Shown in pieces: positions 35,156-43,406 of a DNA stretch of 64,000 nt (position 1 is its first letter; every line of letters starts with the position of its first letter). The DNA lies in the sequence record NC_048047.1. One strand, written 5' to 3'. The position numbers were made by a program, and so were the translations under genes. The notes under the pieces are model-generated. The model was not told where the DNA came from and ran no database searches. It was given only the letters and a program-made list of their open reading frames with translations.

Positions 35156-36000
35156 GCCTCTTCGAAACCAAGGACGCCTTTGGCGACCGCATGAAGGCCT
35201 ACGAGAAGGTTGAGACCGGTCGCCGTTTCATGCCGGGCCTGCCGCTCTACGTCCGCCTGGACGGACGGGGCTTCTCGCGCTTCACCAAGGGCATGGCCAA
35301 ACCCTTTGATCCGCGCATGACCGAGGCGATGGCCGAGACCACCCGCACGCTGGTGGCCAAGACCCACGCCAGCCTCGGCTACTGCCAATCCGACGAGATC
35401 AGCTTGGTCTTCATGCCCAAGGACCAGATCAACGACTACTTCTTCGCCGGCAAAGTGCAGAAGATCGTCTCGGTCCTGGCTGGCCTATGCTCGACCGTTT
35501 TCTATCGCGAGTTCGAGGTTCAATGCGGCGATCATATCCCCACACGCGGCGTCGAGCATCCCGACCAGTTCCTCAGGCGCTTGCCGCACTTTGACGCCCG
35601 CGCCTTCCAGGTGCCGGTGCTCTACGAGGTCGCCAACGCGGTCCTGTGGCGTGTCAAGGACGCCGAACGCAATGCCGTGCAGATGGCGGCCCAGGCGGTC
35701 TATTCGCAGCGGGACCTGCACAAACAGCCCACCCGCAAGCTGCGCGAGATGATCGCCGAAGCTGGCGTCGACTTCGAGGCCTACCCCAGGGCGGTGCGGT
35801 CGGGCCGCTTCTACGCGCGCATCACCGAAGAACGGGCGACGCCGCCGGAAATTCTGGCCAGGATGAAGGAGAAGGATCGCGACAAGAACGCGATCATCAG
35901 CCGCAGCGAAGTCCAGGAGATCATCCCCGAAGGGCCGATCACCTACCAGACGATCGCCGACCTCTTGAAGTTCGATCCGCCCGCGACGGTGGCGCCGTGA
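35152..36000 (+). CDS. thg1: tRNA(His) guanylyltransferase / Thg1-like 3'-5' polymerase
   Basis: RMK.YE, RLDGRGFSRFT, SDEISL, KI.S, FDARAF, WR..DA.RN. Confidence 0.9.
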   Translation: MSLFETKDAFGDRMKAYEKVETGRRFMPGLPLYVRLDGRGFSRFTKGMAKPFDPRMTEAMAETTRTLVAKTHASLGYCQSDEISLVFMPKDQINDYFFAGKVQKIVSVLAGLCSTVFYREFEVQCGDHIPTRGVEHPDQFLRRLPHFDARAFQVPVLYEVANAVLWRVKDAERNAVQMAAQAVYSQRDLHKQPTRKLREMIAEAGVDFEAYPRAVRSGRFYARITEERATPPEILARMKEKDRDKNAIISRSEVQEIIPEGPITYQTIADLLKFDPPATVAP

Positions 36001-36254
36001 GCCGCGTCGTCGTTCATGAGCGCAACGACCGCTCGATCTTCTACATGGTCGCCCTTGATGGCGCCGGCCCGCCCACGCGCCTGCATGCCGACCCGGATAA
36101 GGCGCTGAAGGAGGCCAAGCGCCTGACCAAGCACTTCAAGCGCCCCGCCCGTATCCTGATGCAGATCGGCATGGTCTTTCCGACCTCCCAGCCGGACTCC
36201 GTCATCGTGGCGAATTTCGCCGTCGGCCAATGGTACACCGAACATGGCTCATGA
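35997..36254 (+). CDS. Hypothetical phage protein
   Basis: GTGA coupling; PT..H....A.KEA.RL. Confidence 0.7.
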   Translation: MSRVVVHERNDRSIFYMVALDGAGPPTRLHADPDKALKEAKRLTKHFKRPARILMQIGMVFPTSQPDSVIVANFAVGQWYTEHGS

Positions 36255-36804
36255 CCTGACGGGTTGGTCCATGTCCTTCCTGGAGCCGCAGCCGCCGGTG
36301 CGCGTCAACGAGCACGGCTGGGCGATCTACCCGAACTTCCACTGCTATCTGACGCGCTATGCGCCCAAGGCCAAGCCGGAAGACAAGGACGTGATCCTTG
36401 AAGTGATCGGCGCCGCAAGCTCCACGAGCATGGATGAAGCCCATGCGGAGGTCCTGCGCCAATTCACCCACTACCGTCGTGACCGGCTCGACTTCTACCG
36501 CTGGCGCTATGCCAAGCATCTACTCGATCAGGCGCTTCCAGGGGTCCGTCAGCGGCTGAAACAGCCCCGATGGTTCCGACATAGCTGGCAGGATGAATAT
36601 CCCGACCAGAAGCCGCCCAAGAGCCTTGATGACGGCCGGGAGTCCATCTGGTTCCCCGAGCGCTTCATCAACGAGACCTACGAGGCCGCCTGGGGCGATG
36701 GTGAGACGGTCCTGACGGTCGTGGCCGCCCGTTTTGGCTGGACCCTAGGACAGGCCTATCAGGCGACCGAGGACTGGTTTCGCGATCCGGTGAACTACAA
36801 CTGA
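36244..36804 (+). CDS. Hypothetical protein
   Basis: Co-directional ORF. Confidence 0.7.
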   Translation: MAHDLTGWSMSFLEPQPPVRVNEHGWAIYPNFHCYLTRYAPKAKPEDKDVILEVIGAASSTSMDEAHAEVLRQFTHYRRDRLDFYRWRYAKHLLDQALPGVRQRLKQPRWFRHSWQDEYPDQKPPKSLDDGRESIWFPERFINETYEAAWGDGETVLTVVAARFGWTLGQAYQATEDWFRDPVNYN

Positions 36805-37406
36805 TGCCCCTATATTTTAGCACCTACAAGTTCAAAACGTCCAAATACCCAGGGCAGACAGTCGAGGCTGCGACGCAGTTCTACGCCCGCGACTACGGCC
36901 ATGCGCTCCAAACGCTGAAGATGCGGAACCTGGACGAATTCGTTTGCCGCCCGCCCTTGCCGCGACCCGGTATCGTCACAGGCGCCGAAGGTCCTCCCGA
37001 GATGCCTTCCGACATGATACAGCAAGGTCGCTTGGCCGAAGCCATGCATGCGGCGATCTATATGGGCTTCCTGGCGCACGCCTGCGAGGCCACGAAAGGC
37101 TACGATCTCTTGCATGACATCGGTGTGCTGCACGAGATCGGACATCTTCTTCTTTTCGATGCCTGGGGTAAGGCAGGGTCGCTACGCAACCCCTACGCGG
37201 CCTCCGGTCGCGACAAGGAGATCGTCGCGGAAGTCGCGGCCTTGGAGCGTCGCATCCCTGGTTTCCATCCCTCGTGGTCAGGCGTGGAGGAATATCCAGC
37301 CGTACCGTTCCCGCAGCGCCTTGCCTGGGCCAAGGACGGCATCCAGGAACCGGACTGGTATGCCAAGGACATCCCGTGGTCGGCGCCTCGGGTGATCTTC
37401 GGCTAA
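36804..37406 (+). CDS. HExxH family protein 3
   Basis: TGATG coupling; LLHDIGVLHEIGH. Confidence 0.75.
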   Translation: MPLYFSTYKFKTSKYPGQTVEAATQFYARDYGHALQTLKMRNLDEFVCRPPLPRPGIVTGAEGPPEMPSDMIQQGRLAEAMHAAIYMGFLAHACEATKGYDLLHDIGVLHEIGHLLLFDAWGKAGSLRNPYAASGRDKEIVAEVAALERRIPGFHPSWSGVEEYPAVPFPQRLAWAKDGIQEPDWYAKDIPWSAPRVIFG

Positions 37407-37408
37407 GG

Positions 37409-37428
37409 CTACAAGATAACTGTTGACA
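37409..37428 (+). promoter_or_regulatory. Class I promoter (CTACAAGATAACTGTTGACA) heading the NAD module operon
   Basis: Repeat motif, N16, CTACCC. Confidence 0.75.
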
Positions 37429-37482
37429 GGCCATGTGGCGGTCACTACCCATGACGCAACAGCTTTCACCAGGGGAGTCCAC

Positions 37483-38097
37483 GTGACCTACCAATCCACT
37501 CTGAAACCGCCGGGCTTCGTCACCGAGGAGGGCGGTTTTCGCGACTACCTCCACGTCTGGATCAAGGGTTCGCCCGAGGGCGCCTCGGGTGAACTGGCGC
37601 TGGGCGTCAGCCTGGGAAGCGACGACACGACCGAGCCGCCCAACCTGCGCGAAGCCATCGCGGTGATCGCCGCCTTCGCCAGCGGCGTGATCATGAAGCA
37701 ACCCGGCTTCGTCGGCATGACCGACGAGCAGCGCGAGCATGCCGTCCAGGGTGGGGTCTACCGGCTGCTTTCGGCCGTCATCGAGTCGGCCGCTCCGGGT
37801 TTCGGTCCGCATCCTGGCACACTGCTGCCGCCCGAGCCGATCGAGGACGAACCCGAAGCTATCCAAGCCATTGGCATCTGGGCCACACCCGGCGCCGATG
37901 GCGGCTTCTTCGCAGAGTTCATCGACGAACCGTCGACCATGCCCGTCGGCGCCATCCTGGCCGCAGCCGCGCTCGAAGCCGGTGTCGCCACTGAAGGCTC
38001 GGACGAAGACGTCTACGACACCGCCCTGGTGCGCGCTGTCCAGGCCGACTTCAACAAGACGATCGAAACCGCGCTCGTGGTCGGGACCGTCCAGTGA
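37483..38097 (+). CDS. Acidic hypothetical protein (first gene of the NAD operon)
   Basis: GTG 37483 after GGGGAG. Confidence 0.7.
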   Translation: MTYQSTLKPPGFVTEEGGFRDYLHVWIKGSPEGASGELALGVSLGSDDTTEPPNLREAIAVIAAFASGVIMKQPGFVGMTDEQREHAVQGGVYRLLSAVIESAAPGFGPHPGTLLPPEPIEDEPEAIQAIGIWATPGADGGFFAEFIDEPSTMPVGAILAAAALEAGVATEGSDEDVYDTALVRAVQADFNKTIETALVVGTVQ

Positions 38098-38783
38098 TCC
38101 ACAGCACCCTCCTTCGCGTCTGCGCGCTGGCCGTCCTGGCCAGCGCCTTCGTCTCGACGGCCCAGGCCGCAGACCTCGCCGGCTCGGTCAGCCTGACCAG
38201 CGCCTACATCTCTCGCGGCACCGACCAGAACGTCCTCAACGGCGCGGCCGTCCAAGGCTTCGTGACCTACACACGTGGCCCGTTCTATGTCAGCGCCTTC
38301 GCCTCGTCCATGAACTACGGCGAGGGCACGACCAAGGAACTCGACTTCTTCGGCGGGGTGCGCAAGAGCGTAGGCCCCTGGACGGTCGATCTCGGGTTCG
38401 CCAACATCAACTACCCCGACAACCACACGCCGCTGAACTTCGTCGAGTACGATCTGAAGGTCGACCGCGCGATCGGCAAGGGCAACGTCGGGGTCTGGCT
38501 CGGCTACACTGACGCCTACTTCAACACCTACGGCCAGGGCGTCTGGACCGAGGCCCACGCCAGCTATCCGATCACCTCGACGGTGACGATCAGCGGGGCG
38601 GTCGCCAACCAGGACCTGCCCAACAACTTCGACTACCGGACCTGGAACGTGGGCGCGACGAAAAGCTTCGCGCACGGCGTTTCGGCCGACCTGCGCTATA
38701 GCGATACCGACCGTCACGATCTGGACCCCCGCTGGCACACCTACAGCGCGCGGACCTCGCTGACCCTCACCAAGAGCTTCTAG
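38094..38783 (+). CDS. TorF/TIGR02001-like outer-membrane beta-barrel porin
   Basis: Sec signal ending AQA|A; S.Y.SRG..Q...AVQG, ELDFFGG, alternating beta pattern, C-terminal Phe. Confidence 0.75.
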   Translation: MIHSTLLRVCALAVLASAFVSTAQAADLAGSVSLTSAYISRGTDQNVLNGAAVQGFVTYTRGPFYVSAFASSMNYGEGTTKELDFFGGVRKSVGPWTVDLGFANINYPDNHTPLNFVEYDLKVDRAIGKGNVGVWLGYTDAYFNTYGQGVWTEAHASYPITSTVTISGAVANQDLPNNFDYRTWNVGATKSFAHGVSADLRYSDTDRHDLDPRWHTYSARTSLTLTKSF

Positions 38784-38792
38784 GGGGAGCCG

Positions 38793-39428
38793 ATGAGCCT
38801 GCTTGAAATCCTAGCCACTGTCGTCACCGTCGCCTGCGTCCTGCTGGCCGTCAAACGGTCGACTTGGCAGTACCCTATCGGCATCGTCGGCACGATCCTG
38901 TTCTTCTTCGTCTTCCTGGGCGCCAAGCTCTATGCGAGCGCCATGCTCCAGGTCTTCTTCACCGGCGTGCAGGTCTACGGCTGGTGGTACTGGATCAAGG
39001 GCTACAAGGGCAAGGCGCCGCCGATCACGTCCTGGTCGGCGCCCGTGACTGGGCTTGTGATCCTGGCGGGCCTAGCCCTGGGCATCACCTTGAGCGATCT
39101 GCTGTCGGCCTTCACCGACGCCAAGGTCGCCAAGGCCGACTCGATCATCTTTGGCCTTTCCATGGCCGCGCAGTTTCTGCTCGACCGCAAGAAGCTGGAA
39201 AACTGGCTGGTCTGGGCAGGCGTCAACGCCATCTCGATCTACGTCTACGGCAGCCAGGGGCTGGCCCTGACGACCGTCCTCTACACCTTCCTGTTCTTCA
39301 ATGCCTTCTACGGCTACTACGAGTGGCACAAGGCCAAGCGCGCCCAACGCATCGTCTGGGAAGCCGACGCCAAGAAGTACCCGCCGGCGCCCGTGGTCGA
39401 GACCAAGCCAGGGGACCTCATCCTTTGA
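38793..39428 (+). CDS. pnuC: Nicotinamide riboside transporter PnuC
   Basis: W.YPIG, LQVFF...YGWW.W, DS.I..LS..AQ.L..RKK.ENW..W...N, YGY..W. Confidence 0.9.
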   Translation: MSLLEILATVVTVACVLLAVKRSTWQYPIGIVGTILFFFVFLGAKLYASAMLQVFFTGVQVYGWWYWIKGYKGKAPPITSWSAPVTGLVILAGLALGITLSDLLSAFTDAKVAKADSIIFGLSMAAQFLLDRKKLENWLVWAGVNAISIYVYGSQGLALTTVLYTFLFFNAFYGYYEWHKAKRAQRIVWEADAKKYPPAPVVETKPGDLIL

Positions 39429-40465
39429 ACTACGCACAGCAAATCCTTCCCCATCCGTTCGAGGCCAAGCCCGAGAAGGGCTTCGTCCTGGGCAAGTTCA
39501 TGCCGCCGTCGGAGGGCCATCGGTTCCTCTGCGAGTTCGCGCGTGAATACTGCCAGAAGCTGACCATCCTGGTCTGCTCGATGCCCGACGAGCCGATCGA
39601 CGGCTTCTTGCGCTTCCAGTGGATGCGCGAGATGTTCCCCGACTGCAATGTCGTCTGGTGCCAGGAGGTCCTGCCCCAGGAACCGGTGGGCGAGGACCCG
39701 CAGTTCTGGGAGACCTGGGCGGGCGTCATCCAGAAGTACGGCAGCCGCTATGGCGAGCCCTACAAGCCCGACGTCGTCTTCGCCTCCGAGCCCTATGGCC
39801 ACAAGCTGGCCGCCAGCGTCGGCGCCCGGTTCGTGCCCTGCGACATCTCGCGGACGGCGCGCGACATCTCGGCCACCCGCATCCGCGCCCAGCCCCTGGC
39901 CAACTGGTCCTACATCCCCAACGTCGTGCGCCCGCACTTCGTCAAGCGGGTGACCATGTTTGGCCCCGAGAGCAGCGGCAAGTCGACCTTGGCCTGCGCC
40001 TTGGCCAAGGTCTACGACACTATCGTCGTGCCCGAGTACGGGCGCACCTACACCGAGCAATTCGGGACCGATGTTGGCGCCGAAGACCTGATCCGCATCG
40101 TCCAGGGTCACCGCGCCAGTGTCACAGCAGGCAAGCGGCAGGCCAACCGCATCCTGTTCGAGGACACCGATCCGATCATGAGCGCGGTCTGGTCCGATAT
40201 GCTGGGCGTGCCTCGTGACCCGTGGTTCGACAGCTTCGACGACAAGGCCGACCTCTACCTGCTCTGTGGCGTCGACATCCCCTGGGTGGACGACGGCACT
40301 CGCTACTTCTCGTCGGAGGCTGATCGGCAGCGCTTCTATGGGCTGTGCAAGCTGGAACTCGAACGGCGCGGCTGCGCCTATGTGGAGATCAGCGGTTCGA
40401 TGCTGGACAGACGCATCACCGCCATGACCGCAATCAACAAGACCTTCGGGATCGAAGCGCCATGA
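39425..40465 (+). CDS. nadR: NadR-type NMN adenylyltransferase / nicotinamide riboside kinase (no HTH)
   Basis: TTG 39425; GKFMPPSEGH, ISATRIR, Walker A GPESSGKS, PEYGR, FEDTD, PWVDDG.R. Confidence 0.9.
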   Translation: MNYAQQILPHPFEAKPEKGFVLGKFMPPSEGHRFLCEFAREYCQKLTILVCSMPDEPIDGFLRFQWMREMFPDCNVVWCQEVLPQEPVGEDPQFWETWAGVIQKYGSRYGEPYKPDVVFASEPYGHKLAASVGARFVPCDISRTARDISATRIRAQPLANWSYIPNVVRPHFVKRVTMFGPESSGKSTLACALAKVYDTIVVPEYGRTYTEQFGTDVGAEDLIRIVQGHRASVTAGKRQANRILFEDTDPIMSAVWSDMLGVPRDPWFDSFDDKADLYLLCGVDIPWVDDGTRYFSSEADRQRFYGLCKLELERRGCAYVEISGSMLDRRITAMTAINKTFGIEAP

Positions 40466-40854
40466 TCAACTTCACTTACCTGGGCATCCCCTACACCTCC
40501 AAGAACCCCAACCCTGTCGAGGCCGCTGCTGAGCGCGCCGCTCGCATGGTCGAGTTCTGGAAGGCCTGCGCCATGCTGATCGACCAGGGCGAAAACATCG
40601 TCTCGCCGATGACCCTGGAGCCAGCCCTGACCGTGGTTCCCGATCTGCCCTACGAATGGCCGTTCTGGCAGCACTATTCCCGGAACATGCTGGCCTTCTG
40701 CTCCAAGCTGGTCGTCCTTCAACTGGACGGCTGGGATGTCTCCACGGGCATCGCCGGCGAGGTCGAGGAGGCCCAGCGTCTTGGGCTGGAAATCCACTAT
40801 CTGGCGCCGCAGGAAGTCGAGGCGTGGAGACAGGGGCGATCCCGTGGCGGCTAA
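40462..40854 (+). CDS. DUF1937 / nucleoside 2-deoxyribosyltransferase-like fold protein
   Basis: ATG 40462; YLGIPY, IVSP, W..W, LVVLQLDGWDVSTGIAGEVEEA..LG. Confidence 0.7.
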   Translation: MINFTYLGIPYTSKNPNPVEAAAERAARMVEFWKACAMLIDQGENIVSPMTLEPALTVVPDLPYEWPFWQHYSRNMLAFCSKLVVLQLDGWDVSTGIAGEVEEAQRLGLEIHYLAPQEVEAWRQGRSRGG

Positions 40855-41095
40855 GGCTCCAAACACCAAGGCCGGCCGCGAAGCGCTGAACACGATCCGT
40901 GATCGCCTCAAGCCCCTGGGCATGGATGTCAGGTTCGAAACCGGGTCCAAGCACAACTACATCGTGGTTCGCGGACATCGTCAGCAGGACCTTTGGCGGC
41001 TCACCTTGACCCAGGGCTGCAAAAGCCACCAAGGCACCTACATCAAGGTCGCCGAAGGCTTCTGCCGCCAAGTCAAGGCCGCCATAGCGGCCTAG
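40844..41095 (+). CDS. HicA-like small basic protein
   Basis: GTG 40844; helix, then RFETGSKH-beta-hairpin pattern. Confidence 0.45.
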   Translation: MAAKAPNTKAGREALNTIRDRLKPLGMDVRFETGSKHNYIVVRGHRQQDLWRLTLTQGCKSHQGTYIKVAEGFCRQVKAAIAA

Positions 41096-41104
41096 ACTTT
41101 CTGC

Positions 41105-41149
41105 TTGCACCGTGTCACGAAGCATGTACTGATGACGCGACAAGTGACA
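41105..41149 (+). promoter_or_regulatory. Class II promoter with two boxes
   Basis: TTGCAC-CG-TGTCAC... then ATGACG-CGACAA-GTGACA (41132-41149). Confidence 0.65.
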
Positions 41150-41160
41150 CGGGGTATTTC

Positions 41161-41745
41161 ATGGGCGACACCACCGACGATCCGTTCGGCGGCGACGAAG
41201 GGTTCTTGAGCTACGTCGAGTCGCACTCCCAAACCGAACGGGCTCTGTTCTCCGTCGAGCATATCGACCGTTTCGCCAAGCTCGCTGGGCCGCCATGGAA
41301 GTTTGATCCGGCCGACTACAGCGCCAAGGCCTTCCTGCCGATGCCGTACGACCATATCGCCGGCGCCGTGAAGGCGGCGTGGAACCGGCACAAGAACAAG
41401 CGCCGGCCGCAGGCCGTACTCGACCCTGGCACCTATGGCGGCAGTAAGGCCTTCCATCGCCTGACCGAGGACCTGAACAAGGCTCAGGACGCCAATCTCA
41501 ACCGCCTGATCTCCCGCCACTTGACGGACCTGCGCAAAGGCTTCAAGGACCTGGAGAGCCTGTCGATCAGCACTCATCGGCGCATGGCTCTGCTCTGGCT
41601 TCGAGAGCACGAGCGGACCGCCGAGGAGACGATCATCCCGCGTCTCCACGCCATCGGGACCAACGTGTCCCTCTACCGCAACCTGATGAAAGCCTGCTAC
41701 CGCGACTCGCTGAGGCGCGCTGCCGGCGTGAAGAAGAAGTTTTGA
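41161..41745 (+). CDS. Hypothetical protein
   Basis: ATG 41161. Confidence 0.7.
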   Translation: MGDTTDDPFGGDEGFLSYVESHSQTERALFSVEHIDRFAKLAGPPWKFDPADYSAKAFLPMPYDHIAGAVKAAWNRHKNKRRPQAVLDPGTYGGSKAFHRLTEDLNKAQDANLNRLISRHLTDLRKGFKDLESLSISTHRRMALLWLREHERTAEETIIPRLHAIGTNVSLYRNLMKACYRDSLRRAAGVKKKF

Positions 41746-41945
41746 TGTCTCATCGTGACGCCACGCCCGCCGACTTCGAGGGCAAGAAGATCATCCTGGC
41801 CGAAGTTGGCGCGATCAACGTCTGGCGCCTGCACTTCGATGACGGGACCAACGTCACGGTCGAGTTGACCTATTTCGGGCCTCAGGTTGGCTACGGCATG
41901 GCCGTCTGCGAGTGCGAAAAGCCTGTACCGGAACTGGAGGCCTGA
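41742..41945 (+). CDS. Small hypothetical protein
   Basis: Coupled. Confidence 0.65.
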   Translation: MMSHRDATPADFEGKKIILAEVGAINVWRLHFDDGTNVTVELTYFGPQVGYGMAVCECEKPVPELEA

Positions 41946-41946
41946 C

Positions 41947-42303
41947 ATGCGTCGGCATCTGCCCAATCGTGGCTGGCTGACGCGCTGTGGCCTCTGCGTC
42001 TACGGAGGCGAGGTGGACGATCCAAGCCGTCCGCTCCCCGACGACGCCTCGCTGATCGATCCCAAGAGCTTTCGTCCAGGCACGTTCGAGGTGATCGGCA
42101 TCTACAAGACCGAGAAGGAAGCGATCGACGCATGGAAAGCCAAGGCATGGCAAACCGTCGACAACGCTCATGCGCGTTATCGGATCGCCGAGGCGTTCTT
42201 GGAAGACCTGCCGCCGGTCCACGCCGATCACGGCTTCTTGCCAGGGACCCTGACCGCCAAGTTCCTCGGCGTGCTGCGCTATCGGGAGGCTAAGGATGCC
42301 TGA
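41947..42303 (+). CDS. Hypothetical protein
   Basis: ATG 41947 after GGAGG. Confidence 0.7.
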   Translation: MRRHLPNRGWLTRCGLCVYGGEVDDPSRPLPDDASLIDPKSFRPGTFEVIGIYKTEKEAIDAWKAKAWQTVDNAHARYRIAEAFLEDLPPVHADHGFLPGTLTAKFLGVLRYREAKDA

Positions 42304-42640
42304 TCCCATCCGCACCCTTCGCGTCATCGTCGAAGAGACGGTCACCCGCGCCTACGACCTCTCGGTCGACGCCGATCCCGCCCACTTCACCTACGTGGAT
42401 GCGTTGAGCTACAACGTCTCCGACCCGGACGTCCGCTATATCCCGGCCGCCCTCAAGGGCTATCTGGGCAAAGGCGGCGAACCGGTCGAACTACCCGTCG
42501 GTCTACGTCCATCCTCGGAACTCACCAGGATCACCAAGGTCACGCAATTGGCCTGTGATGACGGCGAGCCCTTTCACAAGATCGTCCGCACCCCGTCCAC
42601 CATCACGGCCGGTCCCGTCCGCGCCAAGCGCAAACGCTGA
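42296..42640 (+). CDS. Hypothetical protein
   Basis: GGAGG RBS. Confidence 0.7.
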   Translation: MPDPIRTLRVIVEETVTRAYDLSVDADPAHFTYVDALSYNVSDPDVRYIPAALKGYLGKGGEPVELPVGLRPSSELTRITKVTQLACDDGEPFHKIVRTPSTITAGPVRAKRKR

Positions 42641-42656
42641 TCCTGGAGACGCCATC

Positions 42657-43403
42657 ATGGCCATCATCTATTCGCCCGCCGTCCTCACCAAGATCGAAGA
42701 CCTCCTCAACGATCGCCTGGAAGGTAACTACAGCCCGTTCCTGCTTCAGACGATCAATGGCAGCCTTGACTACCTGCTCAACGGCAACCTGAAGTACACC
42801 TATACCCGCAACTTCCTGGGCAACGCCAACGACATGGGCACGCTGCTGCGCTCGCTGCTGCCGGGCGCTTCGATCGTCACCCAGGTCAAGAAGGGCTTCC
42901 TGACCATTGGCGCCGGCACCGAGGTCACCATCGAATACGACGGCGAGACCTATACCGACTTCGTGGGCACCACCGACGAAATCCTGGCGACCGCGCTCGC
43001 CGCCCTCGCGCCGCTGCGCGTCAAGCTGACCAAGGACGAGGCCGAGCGCGCCGAGAAGGCCATCAAGGCCGAGGCCCGCAAAGCCGCCAAGAAGGCCACT
43101 GCCGCCGCGCCGAAGCTCGCCGATACCGGCCTGTCCGTGGCCAAGGAAGCCGACAAGCCGGCCCCCAAGAAGAAGGCCCCCTCCAAGAAGGCCAAGCACG
43201 AAGTTCTGGACGCCGGCACCGACGTCATCGAGCGGCAGGTCGCCCTGGAGCCTACGGGCAAGAAGACCGGCGAAGTCCAGGCCAGATCGTCGGGCTCGCA
43301 TCGCCCCGCAGGCTTCAAGGCCCCGACCGCCGGCCGCAACACCTCTTCGACCAGCGGTTCGGTGGGCCATCGCCAGATCGTCCGCGACCCGTCCAAGCGC
43401 TAG
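42657..43403 (+). CDS. Hypothetical protein with Lys/Ala-rich C-terminal half
   Basis: ATG 42657 after GGAG; PAPKKKAPSKKAK. Confidence 0.75.
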   Translation: MAIIYSPAVLTKIEDLLNDRLEGNYSPFLLQTINGSLDYLLNGNLKYTYTRNFLGNANDMGTLLRSLLPGASIVTQVKKGFLTIGAGTEVTIEYDGETYTDFVGTTDEILATALAALAPLRVKLTKDEAERAEKAIKAEARKAAKKATAAAPKLADTGLSVAKEADKPAPKKKAPSKKAKHEVLDAGTDVIERQVALEPTGKKTGEVQARSSGSHRPAGFKAPTAGRNTSSTSGSVGHRQIVRDPSKR

Positions 43404-43406
43404 TCC

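Noticed and set aside
37428-37483. Riboswitch upstream of the pnuC operon
   Set aside because: The leader is only a few tens of bases and has no convincing structure.
37483-41095. NAD module as NARP1/NARP2
   Set aside because: No Adps, Namat or Nampt-like gene is recognisable here; the enzymes are PnuC/NadR type.
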